Shown here: one piece after another, positions 26,168-36,618 of the stretch | Position numbering within the stretch: the stretch's first letter is position 1 | Layout of the letters: each line of letters opens with the position of its first letter | Source: a bacterium | GTDB lineage: Bacteria; Bdellovibrionota; FAC87; UBA2466 | Reading direction: 5' to 3' | NCBI GenBank assembly: GCA_009927045.1 | Contig: RFNT01000117.1 | Location: 1-55,393 of the forward strand | Length of the DNA stretch: 55,393 nt | Notes under the pieces: model-generated | The model's database searches: none | Seen by the model: the letters and a program-made list of their open reading frames with translations, nothing else | What the model was told of the DNA's origin: nothing | Program-made: the position numbers and the translations under genes

Positions 26168-27418
26168 ATGAACGCCTTTTATGCATTCTTAGCGGGGCTT
26201 TTGCTGGGGGTTCCCGCTCAAGCCATCCCCTCGGCCATTTCGCTCCAAAGTGCTTACTCAGAAGCTGTAAAAAAAACAGAAGTCGTCCCTCAACAAGAGG
26301 AGGCCATTAAGCAAGCTGAGGAGAAATACCGGCAGGCTTTTGGCTCTATCTTGCCTACCATCTCGGGGCTAGCCTCTTATCAGTGGCAGGCGGCTGCGGG
26401 AGGAGGGGCTTTTTCCCCGAATCGACAACCTTTGGTGCGGGTTTCCGCCCAGCAACCATTATTCAGAGGCTTGAGAGAGTTTGCGGCACTCAAACAAACT
26501 CGGTTTTTACAAGAAGCCGCTCAACAACAGAAAGAGTTTGCGCTGAGGCAGCTCTTCAATGATGTGACCCAACATTTTTATTTAGTGCTTTCTCTGGAAC
26601 AAGAAATTCTCAACATTCAAAGTCAAATCACAGCTTTGGAAAAACGAATTTCGGATCTCAAGCAACGCATTAAAATTGGACGCTCCCGATTGACGGAATC
26701 CCTCACCGTTCAAGCGTCCCTCAGTACTTTAAAAGCGCAACTCGTACAAACCGAGGGGCAATTGAAAGTGGCTCGAGAGACGTTCAGTTTCACTACAGGC
26801 CTGCCAGACTCTTCTAAACTCCAAGATGGTCTTTCCATAAAACTAAAAGTTGCACCTGTTGAAACTTATTTGGAGACTTTGAATAAACGTCCGGAACTCA
26901 AAATGCGGCAGCTGCAGTATGAAGCAGCTGATCAGGGAGTGAGCATTGCTAAAGGAGCTCATCTGCCGAATATTGATCTCAATGGAAACTATTACTTCAA
27001 ACGCTTTGGCTTTTTTGATCAAATCCCTTGGGACTTTGGAATTTCTCTTACGTTGCCGATTTTAAATGGCGGGATCTTGTCTTCCCGAGTCTCAGAAGCC
27101 AATTCTTTAAGAATGCAAGCGGAGCTTGAAGTGTTGAAGGCTAAACGTGCAGCCATTCAGGAAATCCAATCCCTTCATGCGACAGTTCAGGCAGATTTAG
27201 AACAACTCAGTGCCCTCACTGAAGCTAGAAACCTCAACGAGGCCAACTTCAAGCAACAGAATCGTGAGTATAGAAATGGGCTTGTAAACAATTTAGAGGT
27301 CTTGCAAGCACTCACAGCTTTTGAAGAATCCAAAAGAAATTTAGATCGAGCCCAATATCAAACAAAAATTGATTATTTGAAATTAGAAACTGCGACTGGA
27401 AACCTGCCGCAGCCCTAG
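26168..27418 (+). CDS. TolC-family outer membrane protein
   Basis: Signal peptide, two OEP repeats (SAQQPLFRG, HLPNIDL, LTLPILNGG, YRNGLVNNLEVL). Confidence 0.9.
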   Translation: MNAFYAFLAGLLLGVPAQAIPSAISLQSAYSEAVKKTEVVPQQEEAIKQAEEKYRQAFGSILPTISGLASYQWQAAAGGGAFSPNRQPLVRVSAQQPLFRGLREFAALKQTRFLQEAAQQQKEFALRQLFNDVTQHFYLVLSLEQEILNIQSQITALEKRISDLKQRIKIGRSRLTESLTVQASLSTLKAQLVQTEGQLKVARETFSFTTGLPDSSKLQDGLSIKLKVAPVETYLETLNKRPELKMRQLQYEAADQGVSIAKGAHLPNIDLNGNYYFKRFGFFDQIPWDFGISLTLPILNGGILSSRVSEANSLRMQAELEVLKAKRAAIQEIQSLHATVQADLEQLSALTEARNLNEANFKQQNREYRNGLVNNLEVLQALTAFEESKRNLDRAQYQTKIDYLKLETATGNLPQP

Positions 27419-27433
27419 GAAAGAGCGGTTCTT

Positions 27434-30400
27434 ATGTCACTCTCTGAAATTTCTATCAAAAGACCCGTTTTCGCATGGATGTTGATGGCTTCGCTCATTG
27501 TATTTGGAGGCATCTCATTCAATCGCATGGGGATGAGTTTACTGCCCGATGTCGACTTTCCCGTCATTTCTGTCGGACTCAGCCTTTTGGGGGCGGCTCC
27601 GGAAGTGATGGAAACGGATGTCGTGGATGTGGTCGAAAATTCCTTGAGCACCATTCAAGGGGTCCAGCTCATCTCTTCTACCTCACGCAAAGGCTCCGCC
27701 AATGTCACGATTCAATTGGATTTAGATAGAGACGTCGATTTAGCCATGCAAGATGTTCAGGCTAAAATTTCTGAATCCATGAGAAAGCTCCCCAAAGAGC
27801 TGGATGCACCTACCATCTCAAAAACAAACCCGGATGATGCTCCTATCATGTGGCTGACAGTTGAAAGCGAGAATCATCCGTTGCGAGAGCTCATGCAATA
27901 TACTCGCGACCACTTGCAACAACATTTTGCGACCACTCCGGATGTAGGAGATATCAATTTCGGGGGCTATGTCGATCCCAATTTGAGGGTCTGGGTATCC
28001 GCGCAAGAACTCGCACGATATCAACTCACTGTGATGGATGTGATCACGACCATTCAAAATGAACATAGCGAAGTCCCCGGAGGCTGGATTGAAGAAGGTG
28101 GTAAGGAATACACCATTCGCACGATGGGGGAAGCCACTTCGGTCAGTGAGTTTGAGAAGCTTCCCATCATCACTCGGGGTGGTGCACCTAACTTCATGCC
28201 TATCCCTTTGGGCAAAGTCGCCAAGATAGAACAAGGCCTGGCAGATATTCGCAGGATCAGTCGAGGACGCGGAAAACCTGCAGTTGGCCTCGGGATTCGC
28301 AAACAACGGGGTGCGAATGCTGTGAAAGTAGCTCAAGATGTTCGAAGAAAAATTGCTCAGTTAGAGAAAAAGCTTCCTGAGGGCATGAAGCTTTCTATCA
28401 ATTTTGATAGCACTCAATTCATTGAAGAAGCTGTTCACGAGCTGAACTTCACCTGGTTCTTTCAGCCTTACTGACTGCTTTAGTGTGCTGGGTGTTTTTA
28501 GGATCCTGGTCCTCAACTGTTAACGTTTTGCTCTCCATCCCCACTTCAGTCGTTGGAACATTCATTGTTCTCTACTTCTCTGGGTTTACACTCAATACAT
28601 TCACACTTTTGGGACTGAGTTTAGCGATAGGGATCGTAGTGGATGATGCCATCATGGTTCTTGAGAACATCATTCGCTATCGTGAAAAGGGTCTGGCCAA
28701 AGAAGAAGCAGCCCTAGTCGGTTCAAAAGAAATTACGTTTGCAGCATTAGCAGCAACGCTTTCGATTGTAGCTATTTTTCTCCCGGTAGCCTTCATGAAA
28801 GGCGTGATTGGTAAATTCTTTTTCCAGTTTGGCGTCACTATGACAGTTGCTGTACTTTTATCGCTCTTAGAGGCACTCACTCTCACCCCCATGCGATGTG
28901 CGCAGTTTTTGGAAGCAGGCGAGCGAAGCACTCGGCTCGGGAAGCTCTTTGAATCGTCCTTGGGTGCCCTGAGAGCTTTTTACGAGCGCACTCTCCAAAA
29001 AGTGATTCAGCAGCCCTGGACGACTTGTGGAGTTTCCATTCTGTTTTTCCTTCTCAGTTTAGTTTCTATTAAGTTTCTTAAGAAAGAATTTTCGCCTGCG
29101 CAAGACCAAGGGCGCTTCATGATTCGAGCACAAACTCCTATTGGATCCAATATCGCTTTTACTGATGCCAAATTTAAAGAGGTAGAAACTTACTTAGAAA
29201 AAAGAGCTGACATTGAACGCTACTATGTAGCAGTCGGTGGCTTCGGAGGAACCGACGTCAATGCGGGTATTATTTTTATTACCATGAAACCGCAGGGACA
29301 ACGGGGGATCGATCCTCAGCTCAAGCGAGAGCCAACTCAGCAGGATCTGATGAATCTGGTTCGAACGGATCTGAATCAAATCACAGACCTAAAAGTGACA
29401 GTCCAGGATCTTTCCATGCGCGGTTTTGGTTCCGGCAGAGGGTTTCCATTTGAAGTGAGTATTCAAGGGGCAGACTGGAAGCAACTTGGTGAGCTTTCTA
29501 AACGGCTTATCGATGAAATGAATCAGTCGGGGTTAGTGACGGATTTAGATTCCGATTATTTAGTTGGAATGCCCGAACTCCAAGTGATTCCTAACCGGGA
29601 AAAGGCCTCGCAACATGGTGTGAGTTTGGCAGCTATTGGGCAAACTGTAAGTGCGCTCATGGGTGGCATTATTGTAGGCCAATACAGTGAAGGTGGGCAT
29701 CGGGATGATATCCGACTAAAAATATTAGATGAGGGAGGAACACGCCTAGAACGATTGAATCGTTTGAAGATTCGAAATAACAGGGGAGAATTGATTCCGT
29801 TGTCCTTTGTAGTGAATATCGATGAGAGCCCCAGCCTTTTGAGTATTGCAAGACGTAACCGGCAGCGAGCCGTTTCTGTTTACGGAAATATCGCATCGGG
29901 AAAATCCCAACAGGAAGCGATTGAAGTAGCCGTTCAAAAAGCTAAAACTTTTTTTCCAGATGGATACATTTTAGAAGCTACTGGGAGCTCTGAAGATTTG
30001 AAGAAGACGTTTCAGGGACTTATTTTTGCTTTAGTACTTGGGCTTGTGGTGGCTTACATGATCTTAGCTTCTCAATTCAATAGTTATGTGGATCCCTTAA
30101 GTGTCTTGATTGCCCTCCCCTTCAGTATTTCTGGAGCTCTGTTAGCTCTGTTAATCACTGGGCAATCACTCAACATGTACAGCATGATTGGGATTGTGCT
30201 GCTCATGGGCATCGTCAAAAAGAATTCGATTCTCTTGGTAGACTTCACGAATCAAGTCCGCGCTGAGAAGAAAACCGATCTCCGCTCTGCACTGCTTGAA
30301 GCGTGTCCTATCCGGTTGCGGCCCATCCTGATGACTTCCATTGCTACGATTGCTGGAGCTATCCCCCCTGCCCTGGCCTTGGGCCCAGGAGCAGAGAGCC

Positions 30401-30501
30401 GGGTGCCGATGGCTATTACGGTGATTGGGGGCGTTTTAGTTTCTACCCTCCTGACTCTGTATGTGGTTCCCTGCGTAGTTCAGCTATTGAAGAGGAATTG
30501 A
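27434..30501 (+). CDS. RND (AcrB/MdtC-like) efflux permease (frameshift near 28452)
   Basis: SIKRPVFA, PDVDFPVI, GIVVDDAIMVLENI, GIVKKNSILLVDF, RLRPILMTS. Restoring one C gives ELNFTLVLSALLTALVCWVFLG. Confidence 0.92.
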
Positions 30502-30536
30502 AGTCCGCCTTCCCCAATGCTATACGAATTCTCAAT

Positions 30537-32174
30537 ATGCATTTATCTTTATCCGAACTTTCTAAAAAAGCTGGAATTCCTTTTGATCAATTAGAGCCCA
30601 GAGGGCATTTTTCTGCAAAGCTACCCTTGCAGCTTTCGCTGAGATCCAAACGCACTCAACCTGGAAAACTGATCTTAGTCACAGCGATGAGTCCGACCCC
30701 CGCAGGAGAAGGAAAAACTACTACGGCGATTGGTTTGAACGATGGTTTTTGGAAGCTGGGAGAAAATGCAATCGCGTGTCTGCGTCAGCCCTCGTTAGGG
30801 CCTGTATTTGGACAAAAGGGGGGAGCAACTGGGGGAGGAAAAGCGCAATTATTCCCTACTGAAGATATTAACCTTGGCTTCAATGGAGATTTTTCGGCCA
30901 TTGAAAGTGCCCACAATCTCCTCGCGGCTTTAATTGATAATCATATCTATCACGGAAATACGTTGCAGTTAGATCCGCATTCTGTCACTTGGCGACGTGT
31001 TTACGATATGAATGACCGAGCTTTACGTTCCATTGTTTCTGGACTTGGAAAGGGCAATGGCGGTGCTCGGGAAACGGGTTTTGATATCACTGCTGCCTCG
31101 GAAATCATGGCGATCTTATGCCTTTCTGTAGACTTTTCTGATTTGAAACATCGCTTAGGCCAAATAGTTATTGGTCAAACGTTTGCGGGAAAGCCAGTAC
31201 ATGCGAAAGATCTAAAAGCCGTCGGTGCAATGACTGCTTTACTGAGACATGCAGTGAAACCTAACTTAGTCCAGAGTTTGGAAGGTAACCCTGTATTAGT
31301 CCACGGCGGTCCTTTTGCAAACATCGCCCACGGGTGCAGTTCCGTTATCGCCACTCAACAGGCACTCCAACTAGCTGACTATGTCATTACGGAATGTGGT
31401 TTTGGGGCTGATCTCGGGGCCGAAAAATTTCTTCACATCAAGTGTCGCCAAGCGGGCCTTTGGCCACATGCTGCAGTGGTCGTAGCAACTGCTCGTGCCC
31501 TCAAATACCACGGAGGTGTGAAAGTAGCAGATTTAAACACTGAAAATTTGACTGCAGTCCAAGACGGCTTGGCAAATCTCAAGCGCCATGTTGAGAATTT
31601 GCGACAGTTTGGTCTCCCCGTGGTGATCTCCATCAATCGTTTCCCATCGGATACTTCGAATGAACTCGCACGGATTCAGGAAGAAGGAAAGCGATGGGGT
31701 GCCGAAGTCGTGGTTTCCGATCCTTTCGGAAATGGCGGTGCGGGTTGCGTTCCCTTAGCTGAAGCCGTTCGAGGAATACTAGCTAATCAGAACCAAGCTC
31801 CTGTCCCACAGCCGCTCTATGATTCTCAAATGCCGTTAGTTCAAAAAGCAGAGGCAGTTGCGACTCGCCTGTACGGAGCGAAAAAAATCAGTATCTCTCC
31901 AGCAACTAAGAAAACTTTAGAGAAATGGGAACAACAAGGGTACGGTCACTTGCCCATTTGTATGGCAAAAACCCAATACTCTTTTTCCTCCGACAGCAAA
32001 AAACTAGGGGCTCCTTCGGAACATGAACTTCAAATCCAAAGTGTGCGGCTTTCTGCAGGAGCTGGCTTTGTTGTGATGATCTGTGGCGATATTCTATTGA
32101 TGCCCGGGCTTCCCAAGGAGCCCGCTTCTGAGGAGATCGATTGCTCGCATGAAGGATTGATTACTGGCCTTTAA
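30537..32174 (+). CDS. fhs: Formate--tetrahydrofolate ligase
   Basis: VTAMSPTPAGEGKTT, KGGATGGG, VHGGPFANIAHG, GFGADLGAEKF, CMAKTQYS, MPGLP. Start set to ATG 30537. Confidence 0.96.
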   Translation: MHLSLSELSKKAGIPFDQLEPRGHFSAKLPLQLSLRSKRTQPGKLILVTAMSPTPAGEGKTTTAIGLNDGFWKLGENAIACLRQPSLGPVFGQKGGATGGGKAQLFPTEDINLGFNGDFSAIESAHNLLAALIDNHIYHGNTLQLDPHSVTWRRVYDMNDRALRSIVSGLGKGNGGARETGFDITAASEIMAILCLSVDFSDLKHRLGQIVIGQTFAGKPVHAKDLKAVGAMTALLRHAVKPNLVQSLEGNPVLVHGGPFANIAHGCSSVIATQQALQLADYVITECGFGADLGAEKFLHIKCRQAGLWPHAAVVVATARALKYHGGVKVADLNTENLTAVQDGLANLKRHVENLRQFGLPVVISINRFPSDTSNELARIQEEGKRWGAEVVVSDPFGNGGAGCVPLAEAVRGILANQNQAPVPQPLYDSQMPLVQKAEAVATRLYGAKKISISPATKKTLEKWEQQGYGHLPICMAKTQYSFSSDSKKLGAPSEHELQIQSVRLSAGAGFVVMICGDILLMPGLPKEPASEEIDCSHEGLITGL

Positions 32175-32179
32175 TCTCG

Positions 32180-32779
32180 TTAAAAGGCTTTCTTAATGAG
32201 CGTTTTGGCGTCCTTTAAAAGTGCGGACATTTGGCGACTGTCCTCGGCATCATAATAGCCTCTAATTCGTGCCATATGGTCGACCAAAACAAGCTTTGGA
32301 CTGTGCGTGAGATCCACACCCTCTACTTCAGAGGGAACTTTGAGACCTTCTTGAATCCATTTTTTTACATCGGCATAAGGCCCGGTTAAAAAATACCACT
32401 TAAAGGGATCTGCTTCCCACTTTTTAGCATACTCCGCTAGCCGCTCTGGAGTATCCGTCATCGGATCAATCGTTACTGAAACCATTTGAAAACGGTCTTT
32501 AAACAGAAGCGCCTTAGAAATTTTCTTCGCTTCCATCGTGATCAAAGGACACTGGCTGGTGCATGCCGTAAAAATGAAATTCCCCACCCAAACTTTACCT
32601 TTTAAGGAGTCGAGAGTGATTGATTTTCCAGAGCGATCGGTCAACTGGAACTCCGGAACTTCCCCGTAAATTTTGAGTTCATTTACTTTGAAGCTTCCAC
32701 GAGCAGTTAATACAATCACCGCCACAATCGGCATAGCCACTACCGAGAGCACCATAGCTGGAATTACTTTAATTTTCAT
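32180..32779 (-). CDS. SCO1/SenC-family copper chaperone
   Basis: FIFTACTSQCP (CxxxC), TIDP..DTPE, WYFLTG, THS, IRGYY; ATGA overlap with the upstream gene. Confidence 0.92.
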   Translation of the reverse strand: MKIKVIPAMVLSVVAMPIVAVIVLTARGSFKVNELKIYGEVPEFQLTDRSGKSITLDSLKGKVWVGNFIFTACTSQCPLITMEAKKISKALLFKDRFQMVSVTIDPMTDTPERLAEYAKKWEADPFKWYFLTGPYADVKKWIQEGLKVPSEVEGVDLTHSPKLVLVDHMARIRGYYDAEDSRQMSALLKDAKTLIKKAF

Positions 32780-33552
32780 CGAACTGCCTCTCGCTTCTGA
32801 TTCATATTGAGAACACAAGCGACTAAAAATACGATTCCAAAAGCAAAAAGAATGGTCAGTGGCAGAAGAACTTCAGGCTCTCCCGAAACCCCCGCCAGAG
32901 CAGATTTCAGGGCTGTCATGCCATATGTGAGAGGGTTTATCCACATCAAGGGTTTGATGAACCATGAAGCAGATTCCAGAGGAAAAAAGGCGCCTGACAG
33001 GAGCCACATCGGAAACAAAACTAAATTCATCACTGCATGAAAGCCCTGAACAGAGTCCAACTTCCAAGCGAAGAAAAAGCCCAGTCCCGTCATGGAAAAA
33101 GAGATCATAAAAATACTGAGCAAGACCCAAGCGAGTTGATTCCAGCTGAGATCAAAGCCCGCTAAAGGAGCCAAACTAAGAAATACGAGTCCCTGAAAGA
33201 AAGCAATGAGCGCTCCCCCGACCACCTTACCTAGAACAAGCCCCAGAGGAGAAAGTGGCGAAACAAGAACCGATTGAAGAAATCCTTCATTACGGTCTTC
33301 AATGACAGAAATAGTGGAGAAAATAGCAGTGAACAGTAACGTCAGAATGAGATTTCCCGGAAAAAAATATTTTAAAAATTCTCGTGTTTCCTGACCCATT
33401 CCAGAGGGGAAAGCAGCTTGTAATCCAGTGCCCAAAAGTCCCCATACAATCACTGGCATTGCAAGACTGCCAATAATACGACTCCTTTGGCGGTAAAATC
33501 GAATGAGCTCGCGTCGCAAGAGCGTGGTGGAACCTGTGAGAAGCAGCTTCAT
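32776..33552 (-). CDS. ABC-2 type transporter permease
   Basis: Six TMs; IEDRNEGFLQSVLVSP, LSGAFFP, INPLTYG. Confidence 0.9.
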   Translation of the reverse strand: MKLLLTGSTTLLRRELIRFYRQRSRIIGSLAMPVIVWGLLGTGLQAAFPSGMGQETREFLKYFFPGNLILTLLFTAIFSTISVIEDRNEGFLQSVLVSPLSPLGLVLGKVVGGALIAFFQGLVFLSLAPLAGFDLSWNQLAWVLLSIFMISFSMTGLGFFFAWKLDSVQGFHAVMNLVLFPMWLLSGAFFPLESASWFIKPLMWINPLTYGMTALKSALAGVSGEPEVLLPLTILFAFGIVFLVACVLNMNQKREAVR

Positions 33553-34490
33553 GCGGCCCCTCCCTGCTCAGCTCCAAACCTTCTTCCTGTTAAGTGGATA
33601 AAGAGATCTTCAAGCGTGGGCTTTCCCAAAGTGACTGATAAAATTTGATGGGGAAAAGCTTCTATGAGCGAGGGAATGAATTGAGCTCCTGCAGACTTTT
33701 CTATGCGCAACTCCTCATCTACTTGTTTCACCGGCACTGAAAATTTTTTCTCAATAGCTTCCTTCAGGGCTTGCGGCTTTTCTGATTTTAACGCAATCAC
33801 ATCTCCACCCAACTGCTGCTTCAGTTCAGCGGGTGTTCCCATCGTAACCACCCTGCCGTGATCCAAAAAGAGGGTCCGGCTGGAGGTCTCCGCTTCATCC
33901 ATGAGATGGGTGGTAAAAAGAATCGTTAATCCATCCTGTTTCCTCAGTTGATCCAAATAAGTCCACATTTCTCTACGAGAAACTGGATCTAATCCAGTTG
34001 TCGGTTCATCCAAAATGAGGAGCCGCGGTTCGGCTACTAAACTCTTGGCAATCTCCACGCGACGTTTCAGTCCGCCTGATAATTTTTCTGTTTTTTCTCC
34101 TGCACGATCCTGGAGATTGAAGCGTTGTAACAGATCTCTCACTTTGTTTTTTAATCGAGCGCCCGAAAGCCCATACAATTTTCCGTGGTAGAGAATGTTT
34201 TCTTCCACACTGAGTTTTTTATCTAAAGCCGGAGACTGAAAAACCACTCCGAGATGCGGTCGGATCTGGTCAGGATGAGTCACTCCGTCTTCCCCCCAAA
34301 ACAGCACTGTGCCACTCTGAGGTTTCAAGAGCGTCGAAAGGATTTTAAACGTAGTGCTTTTTCCCCCACCATTGGGACCCACTACACAGAAAAGTTCCCC
34401 TTGATTAATGTTAAAAGAAACCTTTTGAAGGGCCGCTCTCTCCCGATACGCATAGGAAATCTCTTCGATTTGTATCCATGACCGACTCAT
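33549..34490 (-). CDS. ABC transporter ATP-binding protein (DrrA/NodI-like)
   Basis: GPNGGGKST, LSGGLKRR, LILDEPTTGLD, TTHLMDE, KPTLEDLFIHLTG. Confidence 0.93.
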   Translation of the reverse strand: MSRSWIQIEEISYAYRERAALQKVSFNINQGELFCVVGPNGGGKSTTFKILSTLLKPQSGTVLFWGEDGVTHPDQIRPHLGVVFQSPALDKKLSVEENILYHGKLYGLSGARLKNKVRDLLQRFNLQDRAGEKTEKLSGGLKRRVEIAKSLVAEPRLLILDEPTTGLDPVSRREMWTYLDQLRKQDGLTILFTTHLMDEAETSSRTLFLDHGRVVTMGTPAELKQQLGGDVIALKSEKPQALKEAIEKKFSVPVKQVDEELRIEKSAGAQFIPSLIEAFPHQILSVTLGKPTLEDLFIHLTGRRFGAEQGGAA

Positions 34491-35359
34491 AGGAGGGTTC
34501 CTACCATGAGAAGCCCTAACGCGGGCAAATAGAGAATAGAAACAATAAATAACCAGCGAGCGCCGATTCTATTTTTCTTCCAACTCAGAAAAATCCCAGC
34601 GAACAAAAAGAGACATCCCAACCCCAACGCTCCCCACAAATAAGTTTCTGTAGTGAGCTTCCATACAGATGGAAGTAATGTGAGAGGCACTAGAGCCAAA
34701 AGATAAGTGATCACTTGTTTGGTGACTTCCTCGCCGCGTTGATCGGTGACCGATAAAATAGGTAAGCTCGCCCGAGCGTAATCATCTCGATAGAGCCAAC
34801 CAATGGCCAGAAAGTGGGGGATTTGCCACAAAAACAGGAGTGTAAAAATCCAAAGTCCAAGCACTCCAAATTGTCCCGTTGCCGCTGTATATCCCATTAA
34901 GGGAGGGAGAGCGCCCGGGACTGCTCCAATGAGAGTTGAAAAAGCAGTGGTTTGCTTTGAGGGCGTGTACATCCCTATATATGAAAGTACAGTGAATGCG
35001 GCCAAAACGGCTGTGAGTGGATTTACCCCAAACACCAAAAGGATCTCACCCAAAACGAGCAGAAAAAAACCTAGAACATGGGCATGGCGTTCCTCCACCC
35101 GGCCTGCGGGTAGTGGACGCTGATGCGTGCGATGCATTTTTGCATCGATTTCCTTTTCTACGATTTGATTAAAAACGCCGGAGGCGCCCCCCACTAAACC
35201 AAGCCCAAGCAGCAAGGATACAAAAGTAGGCATCGAAAAAGGGTGGCCGTTAGTGCCCAATAAAAACCCCCAAGCCGCCATCACTAAAGAAAGGAAACAA
35301 ATGCGCGGTTTGGTGAGATCCACCAAATCCAAAATCATTTTTTTGGATATAAGAGTCAT
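34487..35359 (-). CDS. cyoE: Protoheme IX farnesyltransferase (heme O synthase)
   Basis: LTKPRI, DAKMHRTHQRPLPAG, YTPSK, GAVPGALPPLMG, FLWQIPHF, DDYARA. Confidence 0.95.
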   Translation of the reverse strand: MTLISKKMILDLVDLTKPRICFLSLVMAAWGFLLGTNGHPFSMPTFVSLLLGLGLVGGASGVFNQIVEKEIDAKMHRTHQRPLPAGRVEERHAHVLGFFLLVLGEILLVFGVNPLTAVLAAFTVLSYIGMYTPSKQTTAFSTLIGAVPGALPPLMGYTAATGQFGVLGLWIFTLLFLWQIPHFLAIGWLYRDDYARASLPILSVTDQRGEEVTKQVITYLLALVPLTLLPSVWKLTTETYLWGALGLGCLFLFAGIFLSWKKNRIGARWLFIVSILYLPALGLLMVGTLL

Positions 35360-36333
35360 ACTACGGGTAATACCGGTGTTGCGACAGGCGCCACTTGCTC
35401 CGCTGCTCCATCACGCGCCTCTCGTGCTGCCCGAAAAAGCTGCACCGTCAAAGCTACCGAGCTAGCCAAACAGAAAGCTCCCACGACCAAGTGGATAGTT
35501 GTTAATGGCAAGGGACGTCTCAACCAGATCACCATGGCTCCTAACATGACTTGAACCCAAACAACTCCCATCAAGGCACCCGCGTAAAGCATCAGCGTAA
35601 ATTGCCGCCAGTAGAGTCGATACACTCGAGCCACCAAAGCCGCTACTAACCCCACCATCACAAAAGCTCCCATCCGATGGGCATAGTGAATAGCCACCGG
35701 AAAAGTCCAATCAGCAGGCATCCACCGTCCGAAAGAAAGTGGAAAATCTGGAATAGCAAGTCCTGCTCCGAAATGTCTCATCGTAGCGCCTAAAAGGAGT
35801 TGAATAAAAAATCCAGCAACGACTGATACCCCTAACCAACGCACTGGGAATTTGGAAACGTCTCGAGGAGCCGCCAGTGACACGGTCCAAAAATCCGAAG
35901 TCACTGTCATAAGAACGACTGCTGTACAAAAATAAGTTTGTGCAATCGATGCATGGGCAATGGAAACTGCCTTGGGCAATAAGAACAATACTGTCAGCCC
36001 TCCTAAAAGCGCTTGGAACAAAACTAAACACGCAGCAAATACGGCTAATTTTTTCACCCACGGACGCTGTTCCAGCTTCCAAACCACGATGCATTGGATG
36101 AGCGTTAGCAGAGCGACAAAACCCGCAATCAAACGATGCCCGTGTTCATAGAGCACTCCACCCACCATGGGAGGAAAGAACTGACCAAAAGAGAGCGGCC
36201 AATCGGGAACTGCAAGGCCTGATCCTGTGCCAGTGACCAAAGCACCCGCAGCCAACAAGATCACAGTACAAAATGCAGTCAGTGCTGTGATTCGAGAAAC
36301 CCAAGGATGCGTTGGAGCGTTAGGGCGACTCAT
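35356..36333 (-). CDS. ctaA: Heme A synthase (COX15/CtaA)
   Basis: GSGLAVPDWP, EHGHR, QALLGGLTV, HYAHR; conserved His ligands; adjacent to cyoE. Confidence 0.9.
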   Translation of the reverse strand: MSRPNAPTHPWVSRITALTAFCTVILLAAGALVTGTGSGLAVPDWPLSFGQFFPPMVGGVLYEHGHRLIAGFVALLTLIQCIVVWKLEQRPWVKKLAVFAACLVLFQALLGGLTVLFLLPKAVSIAHASIAQTYFCTAVVLMTVTSDFWTVSLAAPRDVSKFPVRWLGVSVVAGFFIQLLLGATMRHFGAGLAIPDFPLSFGRWMPADWTFPVAIHYAHRMGAFVMVGLVAALVARVYRLYWRQFTLMLYAGALMGVVWVQVMLGAMVIWLRRPLPLTTIHLVVGAFCLASSVALTVQLFRAAREARDGAAEQVAPVATPVLPVV

Positions 36334-36592
36334 AGCGTGTTACCTCTTTTTTAAACTCAATGGGTTCAGGGCTCGGGCTTTTGTAAGCTCGAGTCAAAAT
36401 TAAAAACACCAGTGCCGGAATGAGAGACCAAATCAAGAGAGATTGTTTATGCTGGGGATTTTTAATTTGGCGGATAAGCCAAACACTTTCAACGGCTACA
36501 AAAGCAAATACAGCAATAAACAGGACGAGCAGAAAAATAAAATCCCCCCTCTGAATTTGAAAACTTACAAAGTCAGATAGGGGGGACTTCAT
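36320..36592 (-). CDS. Small two-TM membrane protein resembling the cytochrome c oxidase subunit II TM hairpin
   Basis: Two hydrophobic helices; the second reads LIWSLIPALVFLIL (cf. CoxB IWTxIP). The stop overlaps the ctaA start. Confidence 0.5.
   Translation of the reverse strand: MKSPLSDFVSFQIQRGDFIFLLVLFIAVFAFVAVESVWLIRQIKNPQHKQSLLIWSLIPALVFLILTRAYKSPSPEPIEFKKEVTRYESP
36533..36586 (-). terminator. Intrinsic terminator-like hairpin downstream of the cupredoxin-like gene
   Basis: TCCCCCCT/AGGGGGGA outer stem plus CTGA/TCAG and TTTG/CAAA inner pairs, followed on the minus strand by TTTTATTTTT. Confidence 0.6.
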
Positions 36593-36618
36593 ACTACCAA
36601 TTATTATCCAGACGTTTT

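Noticed and set aside
30537-32174. fhs plus DAB as evidence of autotrophy (Wood-Ljungdahl or reductive glycine pathway)
   Set aside because: Both occur in heterotrophs, they are about 27 kb apart, and no other pathway genes are in the window.
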